This document shows positions 7,201-17,086 of a stretch of 38,962 bases of DNA, in pieces; the stretch's first letter is position 1, and every line of letters begins with the position of its first letter. The DNA is taken from positions 1-38,962 of the IMG/VR virus record IMGVR_UViG_3300046710_000155. One strand, given 5' to 3'. Origin of the DNA: a virus. Its lineage: Duplodnaviria > Caudoviricetes. The position numbers and the translations under genes are program-made. A model generated the notes under the pieces. It had not been told where the DNA came from, did not search any database, and saw nothing but the letters and a program-made list of their open reading frames with translations.

Positions 7201-9888
7201 ATGGCTTTCGACCTCGGAACTATATTCGCAGAAATTGGAGTAAATACCCAAAAGTTGGATGCTGGCTTAATGCAGGCACAAACCAAATTAGCCGCGGCAG
7301 ATAAAAACATTTCAGGTTTCGGCCAGAAACTTACAGCTTCATCTACAAAGATGATGGTTGCTGGCGGAATTATGGCCGGCGCAGTTCTGGCAATTGGAGT
7401 TGCATCAATTAAGGCAGCTAGCGAGTTTGAAACAAGTATGCGTAATGTCAATAGTATCAGTAAGCAATCGGAAGAAGTTTTTGCCGCTCAATCAAAACAA
7501 GTTGTTAATCTATCTAAAACCTTACCTCAATCAGCAAAAGTATTAGCAGACGGCTTATATGATATCGCTTCATCTGGTTTTCAGGGTGCTGACGGTATGA
7601 AAGTTTTAGAGGCTGCTGCTAAAGCTGCTTCTGCTGGGTTAACCACTACAGAGGTATCTGCAAGAGGTGTTACAGCCGTACTTAATGCTTATGGACTTGA
7701 AGCTGAGGACGCTGCCGCAGTGTCTGATACCATGTTTAAAACTGTTGATAAAGGTGTTATAACCTTTGAAGAATTATCCTCGACTGTTGGCGACTGGGTT
7801 GGTATGGCAAAAGCTGCCAATATAAGTTTTAACGAAGCCTCTGGTGCAATTGCATACATGACTACTAAAGGTATCGGTGCTGCTGAAGCTGGTACATCTC
7901 TACAAAGAATGCTGACTGGTATTATTAAGCCATCTGAAGAAATGGCTAAATTCATTAAGAATGCCGGTTATGAGTCAGGCGAAATGATGCTTAAGACTCT
8001 TGGTTTGACTGGCACGATGAAACTTCTTAATGATGAAACCGGCGGCAGTATTACTAAATTAATCGAACTCATACCGGAAATAAGAGGAGTAAGAGGTGCA
8101 AACGCTCTACTGGGTTCTGGCTATGAAGAACTAACTAAATTCATGGGAGATTTTAAAGACACTACTGGCGCAACCGATGTTGCATTAAAAGAACAATCCA
8201 AATCATTAAGTTTCCAATTAGATATTTTAAAGAATAACGGTACAGCTTTAGCGATTGAATTAGGAAATAAATTAATACCTTCTATCTCTGGAACTGTTAA
8301 ATCCTTAAATGATTTAAAACCAGAAACTAAAGATGCAATCTTTCTTTTTGGCGAATTGTTATTGGGAGCAACAGGTACTATTGGAGGATTACTCCTTTTG
8401 GCAGGCGCAGCAGGTAAAGTTAGACTTGCTATTATAGGTATAAATACTGCTACAGCTGGTCTTGTTGCTTCTGGTTCAGCATTCTCTAAATTTGTAGGCA
8501 GTATGGCATCTTTTCTTGCAGTATTTGGCGCACAAACTCCGGCTATTGGTGCATTTATTGATGATATGGGATTGCTTAAAAATGCAAGTGAAGATTTGCA
8601 AGTAGTAGCAAATAACATGAAGCGTGCAATGCTTGCCAATCAAGCAAGTTTTGCCTCCTCTGCTGCTTCAAACCGACAATCAATAACAAATATACAAGAC
8701 CTTTTAAAGGCTTTCACTGATGCTACACCGGCAACCATAGCTAAAGTTTTGGAACTAAATGATTCTTATAACAATGGGATTATTACTATCGGACAGTTTA
8801 ACGATAAATTATATGATTTAAATAAGGCTCAAGATATAGTTACTGGTTCAACTGGGGCATTAGGAAGTAAAACACAAACTGCTGCTGATCAAAACGAAAT
8901 ATATAGAACAGGATTAATTTTATTAGGTGGGGGTATTGAGTTAGCAGATAAAAAGACAGCTGAATTTATTGCAACTCAAGAAGAATCTACTGCCGCAAAT
9001 AATGAAGACGTTAAATCTATTGCTGATATGCGTAGTGCATATTCAGAATTAATCAGTGTTCTCTTTGACTCAATAAATACCTCTAACGCTTTTCAAGAGG
9101 CTGACTGGGCATTAACAGACGCTCAACTTGCAGTAACTGAAGCTATAAAACAATATGGCGCAGGTTCAAGAGAAGCAGAAACAGCTATAAACGCTTTAGA
9201 CGCTGCATCACAAACTTATATTGATACTGCTTATGGAGTTTATACATCTGTACAAGCTACCAAAGACGAGCAGGAAGCAGCAAGAATTAAGGCAATCGAA
9301 TACGGTAATCAGTTAGTTCAATCCGGTAAATGGGGCGAAGACGAATTTAGAAGTATGGCTTCGCAGTTTGGAATGTCAGCTGGAGAGATAGATAAAATTG
9401 CCGCTATTATGAGTAGCAACCTTGATAACGCTACTAAAAAAAGAGAAATAGAAATTGTCATGAGTTTGGACGAAGTTAGAAGAAATGCTACGACTTTAGA
9501 AGAACTCATGTCAGCAGTAACACAAACAAGGTATATAAATGTAATAACACATTATGTACCAGGTGCTGGCGCAATGGGTGGCATAGTTGGACATGGTGTA
9601 GGTTATGCTCTTGGTGGCACTGTAGGTATGCCACAAGCCGCCTCAGGTATGGTTGTACCACAAACTGGCCGAGCTATTCCTATTCTTGCACATGAATATG
9701 AGGATATAGTCAATACTTCACAGCAGAGAAACTTGGCTGAGTGGATTATGGGTAAGGCTAATAGTAGACCTGACGGCAAGACTACCAGTAATGAAGTAAT
9801 ACTACATACCATAATAAATTTGGATGGTCAGGTTTTATGGGAAAACAATGAAAAATTTGACTTAAGGAAATTAGGGGAGAGGGTATGA
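7201..9888 (+). CDS. Tape measure protein (TP901 family)
   Basis: DLGTIFAEIG start, FETSMRNVNSI...LYDIASSG...TVDKGVITFEEL core, Ala/Gly-rich. Confidence 0.93.
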   Translation: MAFDLGTIFAEIGVNTQKLDAGLMQAQTKLAAADKNISGFGQKLTASSTKMMVAGGIMAGAVLAIGVASIKAASEFETSMRNVNSISKQSEEVFAAQSKQVVNLSKTLPQSAKVLADGLYDIASSGFQGADGMKVLEAAAKAASAGLTTTEVSARGVTAVLNAYGLEAEDAAAVSDTMFKTVDKGVITFEELSSTVGDWVGMAKAANISFNEASGAIAYMTTKGIGAAEAGTSLQRMLTGIIKPSEEMAKFIKNAGYESGEMMLKTLGLTGTMKLLNDETGGSITKLIELIPEIRGVRGANALLGSGYEELTKFMGDFKDTTGATDVALKEQSKSLSFQLDILKNNGTALAIELGNKLIPSISGTVKSLNDLKPETKDAIFLFGELLLGATGTIGGLLLLAGAAGKVRLAIIGINTATAGLVASGSAFSKFVGSMASFLAVFGAQTPAIGAFIDDMGLLKNASEDLQVVANNMKRAMLANQASFASSAASNRQSITNIQDLLKAFTDATPATIAKVLELNDSYNNGIITIGQFNDKLYDLNKAQDIVTGSTGALGSKTQTAADQNEIYRTGLILLGGGIELADKKTAEFIATQEESTAANNEDVKSIADMRSAYSELISVLFDSINTSNAFQEADWALTDAQLAVTEAIKQYGAGSREAETAINALDAASQTYIDTAYGVYTSVQATKDEQEAARIKAIEYGNQLVQSGKWGEDEFRSMASQFGMSAGEIDKIAAIMSSNLDNATKKREIEIVMSLDEVRRNATTLEELMSAVTQTRYINVITHYVPGAGAMGGIVGHGVGYALGGTVGMPQAASGMVVPQTGRAIPILAHEYEDIVNTSQQRNLAEWIMGKANSRPDGKTTSNEVILHTIINLDGQVLWENNEKFDLRKLGERV

Positions 9889-10274
9889 ACCAGCAGAGAA
9901 TTTTAATCGGTACAACTGAACTTTCACTTATGGAGAGAACTTTTAACTCTAAGCCTTATCCTATTGAGGAAATTGTAGAATGTGAAAACGGTTCCGAAAC
10001 TCAATATTACGTTGGAGTTAAAAATATATTCGATATAACTTTTAATATGCTTCCGGCTGCTGATGCCAATGTTGAAGATTCTAAGGCTGGGCGTAATAGT
10101 TTAAAAGCCTTGTATGATTTACACGCTTTTACAACCTTGACTCTATATAGTGAAACTGGGGTTGCTACTACTTCCAATGTCAGGTTTACTTCATATGGTG
10201 AAGAAGCTAATAGGCCAATGGCTGGCGATACTGACTGGAGATATAATATTTCATTTTCTTTAAAAGAGGTATAA
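9885..10274 (+). CDS. Putative distal tail (Dit) protein
   Basis: Follows tape measure; ends YNISFSLKEV. Confidence 0.65.
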   Translation: MNQQRILIGTTELSLMERTFNSKPYPIEEIVECENGSETQYYVGVKNIFDITFNMLPAADANVEDSKAGRNSLKALYDLHAFTTLTLYSETGVATTSNVRFTSYGEEANRPMAGDTDWRYNISFSLKEV

Positions 10275-12581
10275 ATGCAGACTATAACTACAGCAGCAAG
10301 ATTAGCTTTTGATACTTCACCGGTTAAAAGAAAATATAAGGTGTTCGTGGACTGGGTGACAAAAGGAACAATAACTGGAACCGTTACCGCAGGTGAATTT
10401 AATTCAACATATTTCAGCAAAGACAATGTCAAAAATGACGAGTCTTATGTAATTTATAAACCGTTTATACTGTCCGATTCAATGAGACTTGGTGATGATG
10501 TCCGCTTAGTTTCAAATAAATATGAGAATGGCTGGCTTGGGGCAAACCGTTCAAGTTCTCTTGGTGTTTTCGGATCCGCTGAAGTTATATCAGAAATATT
10601 TACCACTACAATTTTAACGACTAATTTAACAGTATTTGGAAGCCAATATAATTATCCGGTTAATATGGATTTATATTATAGAAACTCAATTAATACAGCG
10701 TGGGTTTTATGTCAAAGTTATACTAATCTAACAAGCTATATCACTGTTTACACATTCCCGACTTTGACAACAATTAAGGGTTGGAAGTTAGAGATAACTA
10801 AAATCAACCTTGTAGATATGTTTGCTTGTATAGCCGAAGTTACAACCGGTTTTAGAGAAGATGTATCCGGTGATTTAATCAAAGACCCGATGGATATTGC
10901 TAAGGAACTTGAATACTCCGGTGCATCTGTTTCACTGGGTAATATTTCAGCAAATACTTTACGATTAAGATTAAACAATACTACTCAAAAATATAATCCT
11001 GAGAACGTCGACTCTTATTTGTATCCATTTTTAAGATACAACAAAGTTATACAACCGTTTATAGGTATTGACTTAGGCGACTCCATTGAATGGTTTGCAC
11101 AGGGTAAATATTATATTCGTGAAATAAAACCTAATCCTGATATGACTGTTGAAATATATGCAGTTGATAAGATGTTCTTTCTAAATGGAGAAGATTTTAG
11201 CAGTTCAATTGTATATGTGAATTATACCAAATCCGAACTTCAACAAATGTTAATAGAAGACTTTGGACTTGGCGCAACTGAATATTCAATTGACTCAACG
11301 ATAGATGATATTCCTTATGCTTATTTTGATTCTATAAAATATGCAGAGGCTATTAAAAGACTTGAAATATCTGATGGCGGCGTGGCTTTCTTTGATGAAC
11401 TTGGAGTATTTAATTCAAAGACAAGAGGCTGGACTGAAACCCCAATATCGGCTTATTATGATGACAGCACGATAATAAAAGGTTCTGCTTCATCTCCGGT
11501 TATTGCTTCATCAATGAAAAATTACATCAGGATTAAATCTAATCCCTTAGATAGTGCTATTCAGGAAGTAGTTTATAATTCAAGCCAAAGCATAGTTATA
11601 CCAGCAGGAAGTTCAAAAGATGTACCTTGTTACTTTAACAAAAAACCATGTATAGATATTATTGACGCTACTTTTACACAAACGACTAATGGCTCACCGC
11701 TTTTATCTATTGTAGATAGTTATAGTGAGAGCAATTACGATGGGGGGCTACCTTTATTTGTTGGAAATTATCTTGGGGCAGGTCAATCTTTTACGGGTGA
11801 TGGCAATATAATAAATAGTTGTAAATTTTATCTTAGTAAATATGGCTCCCCAACTGGAAATGCAGTCGCTAAAATTTATGCGCATTCAGGTACTTTTGGA
11901 GTAAACGGTATACCCACAGGCGCAGCTCTTGCAACTTCAGATAATTTTGATGTTTCAACCTTAGCTACCTCTCTGCAATTGATTGCTTTTACCTTTAGTG
12001 GTGCAAATAAAATAACCTTAACTAACGGTACAAAATATGTTGTCAGTATTGAATATGGTGGCGGAGATATGGATAACTTAATATATCTTGGTATAGATAA
12101 TTCGAGTCCTACACATAGTGGTAATATCATCATTATTTTTTCAGCTGGTTCATATAGTTCTCAATCAACAAAAGATTCCTGTTTTTATGTATATAGTGAT
12201 AACGTGCCAGTGGCTTCAATAACAATAATATCAGAGTCCAAATACAGCCATGCAACATTCTTAACTTTTTCAAACTCAGGAATAGTTGACGAGAATGTTT
12301 TAACAATTGAAATTCAGGCAAAACCTTTAGCAGCTACAGGTGCAAATGAAGTAGTGTCGCAAGACGTTGATTTAATTGCCGTTTATGGTAAATCAGAATA
12401 TTTAATAGACTCTGAATTTATACAGGATATGACTACGGCTCAAACTTTAGCAGATGATTTGCTTATAGATTATAAAGACCCCGAGGCATTAGAAATTGAA
12501 ATTGAGGCTATAACAAGACCATATTTACAACTTGGTGATACGGTAATGATTAGGAATAGTAAATTAAGTATTGGAGGATAA
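10275..12581 (+). CDS. Baseplate hub/Tal-like protein with inserted beta-sandwich domains
   Basis: GNISANTLRLRLNN..QKYNP, GVAFFDELG, SQDVDLIAVYG...PYLQLGDTV; inserted GQSFT...KFYL...YVY domain. Confidence 0.75.
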   Translation: MQTITTAARLAFDTSPVKRKYKVFVDWVTKGTITGTVTAGEFNSTYFSKDNVKNDESYVIYKPFILSDSMRLGDDVRLVSNKYENGWLGANRSSSLGVFGSAEVISEIFTTTILTTNLTVFGSQYNYPVNMDLYYRNSINTAWVLCQSYTNLTSYITVYTFPTLTTIKGWKLEITKINLVDMFACIAEVTTGFREDVSGDLIKDPMDIAKELEYSGASVSLGNISANTLRLRLNNTTQKYNPENVDSYLYPFLRYNKVIQPFIGIDLGDSIEWFAQGKYYIREIKPNPDMTVEIYAVDKMFFLNGEDFSSSIVYVNYTKSELQQMLIEDFGLGATEYSIDSTIDDIPYAYFDSIKYAEAIKRLEISDGGVAFFDELGVFNSKTRGWTETPISAYYDDSTIIKGSASSPVIASSMKNYIRIKSNPLDSAIQEVVYNSSQSIVIPAGSSKDVPCYFNKKPCIDIIDATFTQTTNGSPLLSIVDSYSESNYDGGLPLFVGNYLGAGQSFTGDGNIINSCKFYLSKYGSPTGNAVAKIYAHSGTFGVNGIPTGAALATSDNFDVSTLATSLQLIAFTFSGANKITLTNGTKYVVSIEYGGGDMDNLIYLGIDNSSPTHSGNIIIIFSAGSYSSQSTKDSCFYVYSDNVPVASITIISESKYSHATFLTFSNSGIVDENVLTIEIQAKPLAATGANEVVSQDVDLIAVYGKSEYLIDSEFIQDMTTAQTLADDLLIDYKDPEALEIEIEAITRPYLQLGDTVMIRNSKLSIGG

Positions 12582-13202
12582 ATGACAGACCCTTATATAC
12601 AAATTAATGGAACTAAAATAGAAGTTTTTGATAATGATTTATCGGCAGTAAAAACCATAAAACAATTAGATGAAGTAACGCTAGCAGGTGCGGAAGTTTT
12701 AACTAATAAAACTTTAACGTCGCCTGTTATAAACACAGGAATATCTGGAACAGGTATTGCTGCAGGTTCAGATGTAACGACTGGGACAAACAACGTTTTA
12801 ATTGTTACACCGAAAGCAATTGGGGATGCGTTAGTTAATACAAGACTAAAATCTAAAATAATCACAGCAACAAGAGATTTAACTGCTGCAAGTGGCGATG
12901 TAAGTTATACGGGGTTAGATTTTACTCCAACAAGCATACAATGTATTTGTTCGATAACAGGTAATTTTACATTTTCTATGGGTTTTGCAGATAGTGGTAA
13001 GGCAAGTTCTGTTATTTTTCCAACAGCTGCTGGTGTAATGAATGAAAATAGCAACAGACTTATTGATGTTATTAGTGGACCAGGGGCGGAACAATATGCC
13101 GTAGTCAAAACTTTTGATGCAAATGTCGGTTTTACTTTAACTTGGACAAAAGGTGGTTCACCTACAGGAACTTTAAATTTAAAATTTTTATGTTTTAGAT
13201 AG
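12582..13202 (+). CDS. Putative tail fibre/receptor-binding protein
   Basis: EVLTNKTLTSPVIN and VTTGT...VTPK fibre motifs; C-terminal YTGLDFTPT...GFTLTW domain. Confidence 0.7.
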   Translation: MTDPYIQINGTKIEVFDNDLSAVKTIKQLDEVTLAGAEVLTNKTLTSPVINTGISGTGIAAGSDVTTGTNNVLIVTPKAIGDALVNTRLKSKIITATRDLTAASGDVSYTGLDFTPTSIQCICSITGNFTFSMGFADSGKASSVIFPTAAGVMNENSNRLIDVISGPGAEQYAVVKTFDANVGFTLTWTKGGSPTGTLNLKFLCFR

Positions 13203-13208
13203 GATTAT

Positions 13209-13289
13209 ATGAAACATCAATGGGAACTAATTGCAAATAGTTTTTGGATATTAATAATATTTGTTTATTCATTAACGATAAGGGCATAA
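13209..13289 (+). CDS. 26-aa hydrophobic peptide
   Basis: MKHQWELIANSFWILIIFVYSLTIRA with agga RBS. Confidence 0.35.
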   Translation: MKHQWELIANSFWILIIFVYSLTIRA

Positions 13290-13499
13290 ATGGCAACTGA
13301 AATTTTAACAGAAAAAATAAACTTTGTGGCTGGTGCTGGAACAATTATAGCCTCCAGAATAAACTTTCAAACTGGGGCAGGAACTCTCACTTGTGAAAAA
13401 ATAAGCTTTCCGTTGTACGCAGCATATAAAGTTACTGCAATTACGATTAAATGTGGCACTGCTATAACTGATACATTAAAATTAAGGAAGATTCAATAA
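13290..13499 (+). CDS. Small tail protein with internal repeats; may carry the detached Tal C-terminus
   Basis: EKINFVAGAGT/SRINFQTGAGT/EKISF repeats then YKVTAITIK...DTLKLRK. Confidence 0.55.
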   Translation: MATEILTEKINFVAGAGTIIASRINFQTGAGTLTCEKISFPLYAAYKVTAITIKCGTAITDTLKLRKIQ

Positions 13500-13508
13500 G
13501 GAGATAAT

Positions 13509-13976
13509 ATGAGTATATTTACACACGTACCGGCTACATGGACAGCCGACTTACCTGTACCAAATGCAGCCACTTTTAATTTAGAAATAAAAGAGAAGAT
13601 GACTGATATTGACGCTAAATTTCCAACTGGAATTATAGTTTTATGGAGTGGAGCAGTTGCAGCAGTCCCTTCTGGGTGGTATTTATGTAATGGAGCCAAC
13701 GGAACACCTGATTTAAGGGATAGATTTGTAGTAGGTGCAGGTTCATCTTATGCCGTAGCAGCAAATGGTGGGGAAGCTACGCATATTTTAACAACACCAG
13801 AAATGCCTGCACATACTCATGTTATTACCGATACTTTAGTCAAAGATGGCTTAACTGCATGGAGAGGCACAAACGCTGCTATAGGTATTACACAAGCAAC
13901 CGGTTCAACTGGTGGCGGTGGCGCACATGAAAACAGACCTCCTTATTATGCTTTAGCTTATATAATGAAATCGTAG
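13509..13976 (+). CDS. Tail collar-domain protein
   Basis: PTGIIVLWSG...PSGWYLCNG.NGTPDLRDRFVVGAG...HENRPPYYALAYIMK. Confidence 0.88.
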   Translation: MSIFTHVPATWTADLPVPNAATFNLEIKEKMTDIDAKFPTGIIVLWSGAVAAVPSGWYLCNGANGTPDLRDRFVVGAGSSYAVAANGGEATHILTTPEMPAHTHVITDTLVKDGLTAWRGTNAAIGITQATGSTGGGGAHENRPPYYALAYIMKS

Positions 13977-13982
13977 GTAACA

Positions 13983-14336
13983 ATGTCAACACAAGAAAAC
14001 GGCAGTTTAGGATTAACTAAAAAAAGTATATTGGAACGTCTGGACACATTGATTGAGCTAAACAGTAAAATCTATGCTGACAAAATTGATGTAGTAACCA
14101 ATGACGTTAATACTGTAGATTTAAAATCAGGCTTAACTGACGCACAGGTTGCATTTGTTAAGACAAGACTCGCCGCCGCAGAAACTTTAGTAAATGCAGC
14201 AAAGGATCAATTTACTACAATAAATTCACGTCTTACGGCATTGGAAACTAAAGCAGCTCAGGCAGTAACAAAATTTGCAAGTATTGATGCAAAGATTGCA
14301 GCTATAGAAGCAAGATTAACAGCACATCACATTTAA
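13983..14336 (+). CDS. Coiled-coil hypothetical protein
   Basis: Repeated RL.A.E heptads. Confidence 0.65.
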   Translation: MSTQENGSLGLTKKSILERLDTLIELNSKIYADKIDVVTNDVNTVDLKSGLTDAQVAFVKTRLAAAETLVNAAKDQFTTINSRLTALETKAAQAVTKFASIDAKIAAIEARLTAHHI

Positions 14337-14352
14337 TAAGGCAAAGGTAAAC

Positions 14353-14697
14353 ATGGAAATTGAAACTAATTCAGAGGCGGTTGTAAAGCACGCAGAAACA
14401 ATAAGCGCACTACTTGTTAACCACGATTTATTAGTGGTAGTTGCTGAAAGGCAAACAGTAGTATTACAAAGACTCGCTAAAATTAACGGTACTGTCCAGG
14501 ATTACAATGAGAAAAAGGATAGGTTTATTCAGACTTGCAATAAAGTAGATGCCCATGTAAAAGAACATGAAACGTTTAGCGATAAAATGGATGATAAATA
14601 TATCGGCAAAAGATTGTTTGTAACCTTATCTATAATACTTGGCGTATTGATAACGGCACTTGGATTACTAAACTATCTTAAGGGGTTTATAAGTTGA
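14353..14697 (+). CDS. Putative holin/XhlA-like membrane protein
   Basis: Coiled coil with KINGTV and a C-terminal TM helix, upstream of lysins. Confidence 0.55.
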   Translation: MEIETNSEAVVKHAETISALLVNHDLLVVVAERQTVVLQRLAKINGTVQDYNEKKDRFIQTCNKVDAHVKEHETFSDKMDDKYIGKRLFVTLSIILGVLITALGLLNYLKGFIS

Positions 14698-14776
14698 GTG
14701 AATTAAACAAATTATTATTTTCAATCGCTGTAATTCTTATAGTAGTTATAGTGATTTTTGGTATATGGAGGATTAA

Positions 14777-16009
14777 ATGACAGAGTTTATCACTGGAATC
14801 TGCTGGCAAACTTTTAACTGTAAAGATGTAAGACAAACAAGTGTCTTAGTTAATTCTGGGTTTAAAATGCTTCGTATCTTTATTGACATGGCTAATCTTC
14901 CACAAGGTGAGCCTACACAAAGTTATATTGCTAATTTTATGAATACTGTTGATGGTTTACATTACTGGACATACGAGGGTAAACCTGGATTATTTCAAAG
15001 TAACGCTATTGTAAAAGATAGTTTTGACTTCTGCAAAAAAGAGGGGTGGCTTCCTATTGTTTGTCTGGGCTACAGAGAAGAGCAACCTCATAATTGGTTA
15101 GGACGTAATCCATCAGGGGATAAGTGGTTATGGCTTGGTAAGTTTTCTAAAGCATTTGCAACTTATTTAAACAACTGGGGATTTCCGAGGGCTGACGTTG
15201 AAATATGGAACGAACCTTCTAAGGTTTTTGGCTGGGAAGCGTATTCTGAATTAGCTTATATTATGGGTTCTAACTGGAAATCAGTTAATCCTAATTACAA
15301 ACTTCATATATTTACTGATGACTCATTTAGGACGGGCTATTTAAGAGATGTAATGAATAATATTGATTTGATGAATATTACTGATTACATATCAATTCAT
15401 GTCGGAGTCGGTACAGAGCAAGAGGAATGGGATAATAAACAGATTTCCATTGTTAAAAATATAATTTCAAAAATACCCCACTTAAAACTTGCAGTAACTG
15501 AAATGAGTCCGAATGGTAAATGGGAACACATGCAACAATTAATTGATAGCGGTGTTTCAATGTACGGCTTGATGTGGGCTATAAGAAAAGAAGAAGTTGG
15601 CACTGCATTTGTGATAGATGACGTGTGGCAGATTAGACCAGACCAGAGTGTCTTATGTTCTTCACCTACAAAGAGGGATATCTTGACTGCTTTTAATCAT
15701 TATTATTATGAACCTTATGAAATTATAGAGGAAGATATGAAATTAGAAAAATTATATAAAGTAGGCTCACAGGGAATAGGTGTTAAGTTTATACAGAAAG
15801 TATTAAATGAAGAGATTGCGCCTGATCCACTACTTTTAATTGATGGACAATGGGGAAGTCAAACGACATTAGCAGTTACAGCATACCAAAAAGTAAACAA
15901 TTTAAAACCAGACGGTATTGTTGGAGAAATTACATTTAAAAATATGATTGCTGAATACCCCGAAATTTGGAATCAGATTGAATATGCTTGGGCAATTGGA
16001 GTCAGGTAA
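14777..16009 (+). CDS. Clan GH-A-like glycoside hydrolase with C-terminal peptidoglycan-binding domain
   Basis: EIWNEPS acid/base and AVTEM nucleophile motifs; GSQG..VK.IQ..L...IDG.WG..T..AV..YQ....L..DGIVG. Confidence 0.75.
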   Translation: MTEFITGICWQTFNCKDVRQTSVLVNSGFKMLRIFIDMANLPQGEPTQSYIANFMNTVDGLHYWTYEGKPGLFQSNAIVKDSFDFCKKEGWLPIVCLGYREEQPHNWLGRNPSGDKWLWLGKFSKAFATYLNNWGFPRADVEIWNEPSKVFGWEAYSELAYIMGSNWKSVNPNYKLHIFTDDSFRTGYLRDVMNNIDLMNITDYISIHVGVGTEQEEWDNKQISIVKNIISKIPHLKLAVTEMSPNGKWEHMQQLIDSGVSMYGLMWAIRKEEVGTAFVIDDVWQIRPDQSVLCSSPTKRDILTAFNHYYYEPYEIIEEDMKLEKLYKVGSQGIGVKFIQKVLNEEIAPDPLLLIDGQWGSQTTLAVTAYQKVNNLKPDGIVGEITFKNMIAEYPEIWNQIEYAWAIGVR

Positions 16010-16617
16010 TGGACTACGCTAAATATTTTGAAGAAATTGGCTATAAATATTTTAAACAATATGACAAATTAATTGTCCAGGACTTTCAAAGACATGCTGG
16101 TATAAATGCAGATGGTATTATTGGCCCGATAACTCTTGGCAAAATTAAATATTATAATAAGGATAATTTTTGTCCAGAAGTCTGGGAGGAGATTAAGCCT
16201 TATAAAGAATACAACGATGTAGAGATTGAAGCATTAATGAAGTTTAAATTAGTGGGATTAGGGGCTGTATTTAATCGGTGTGCTAAAGACAATGACTTTG
16301 ATGTATTACATTCAATTGCTCATGCAATACTGGAAAGCGGATCAGGAACTTCATATATTGCAAGAGTGTTAAATAATTTATATGGATGGCAGTGTTTTGA
16401 TAGTAGCCCTGTTGAAAGTGGTATGAAATTTAAGAGTAAAGCAGAGTGTATCCAGAAATGGTCTATATGGTTTAATAAGGAATACCTTACTGATGGAGGA
16501 CGTTGGTTTAATGGGTGTAATGAGCATGGAATAAATGTTAAATACGCATCCAGTCCTATTGCCGGTATAAACAAAGCTTTTATAGTTAGAGATTTGAGGG
16601 AAAAACTTAATGGATAA
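16009..16617 (+). CDS. Endolysin: partial PG-binding domain plus GH73 glucosaminidase-like domain
   Basis: FQ...GINADGIIGP.T; AHAILESG.GTS.IA...NNLYGW...INVKYAS. Confidence 0.85.
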   Translation: MDYAKYFEEIGYKYFKQYDKLIVQDFQRHAGINADGIIGPITLGKIKYYNKDNFCPEVWEEIKPYKEYNDVEIEALMKFKLVGLGAVFNRCAKDNDFDVLHSIAHAILESGSGTSYIARVLNNLYGWQCFDSSPVESGMKFKSKAECIQKWSIWFNKEYLTDGGRWFNGCNEHGINVKYASSPIAGINKAFIVRDLREKLNG

Positions 16618-16984
16618 ATATACACAATTAACAGCTAACTTTACTTATGGTGAATTTTTTTGTTTAGGTGTAAAACCGCCTGACGCTTATTATCTTAATA
16701 TCCTTGCACTCGCAAAAGAACTCCAAAAGGTAAGAGATAAAATAGGCTTACCAATATCGATTACATCAGGGTGGCGAAGCAAAGAGCATAATATAAATGT
16801 TGGAGGCGCTACAAATTCTCAACACTTAACAGGTAAAGCTGCAGACATTAAATGTTATAAAATGCCAGCAAATTTTCTTCTAGTTTATTTAGCAAGATAT
16901 GGAGCTTTTACTGGATTTGGGGTAGACCCGACGTTTAATCACGTTGATATTAGAACAGGTAAATTAACAATCTGGCATTACTAA
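16610..16984 (+). CDS. Peptidase M15A-like D-Ala-D-Ala peptidase
   Basis: ITSGWRS.EHN..VGGA.NSQH..GKAADI...HVDIR. Confidence 0.9.
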   Translation: MDKYTQLTANFTYGEFFCLGVKPPDAYYLNILALAKELQKVRDKIGLPISITSGWRSKEHNINVGGATNSQHLTGKAADIKCYKMPANFLLVYLARYGAFTGFGVDPTFNHVDIRTGKLTIWHY

Positions 16985-17086
16985 TAATAGTTCCTAAGAC
17001 GCATTTTGCGTACCAGCTTAGGACAGTGTGCGCTTAATCCCGACGCCTTGTATCGGGATTTTATAATTCTACTTTAGGAGGTTGTA

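Noticed and set aside
12582-13976. Diversity-generating retroelement or invertible tail-fibre locus
   Set aside because: No reverse transcriptase, invertase or template/variable repeat pair seen
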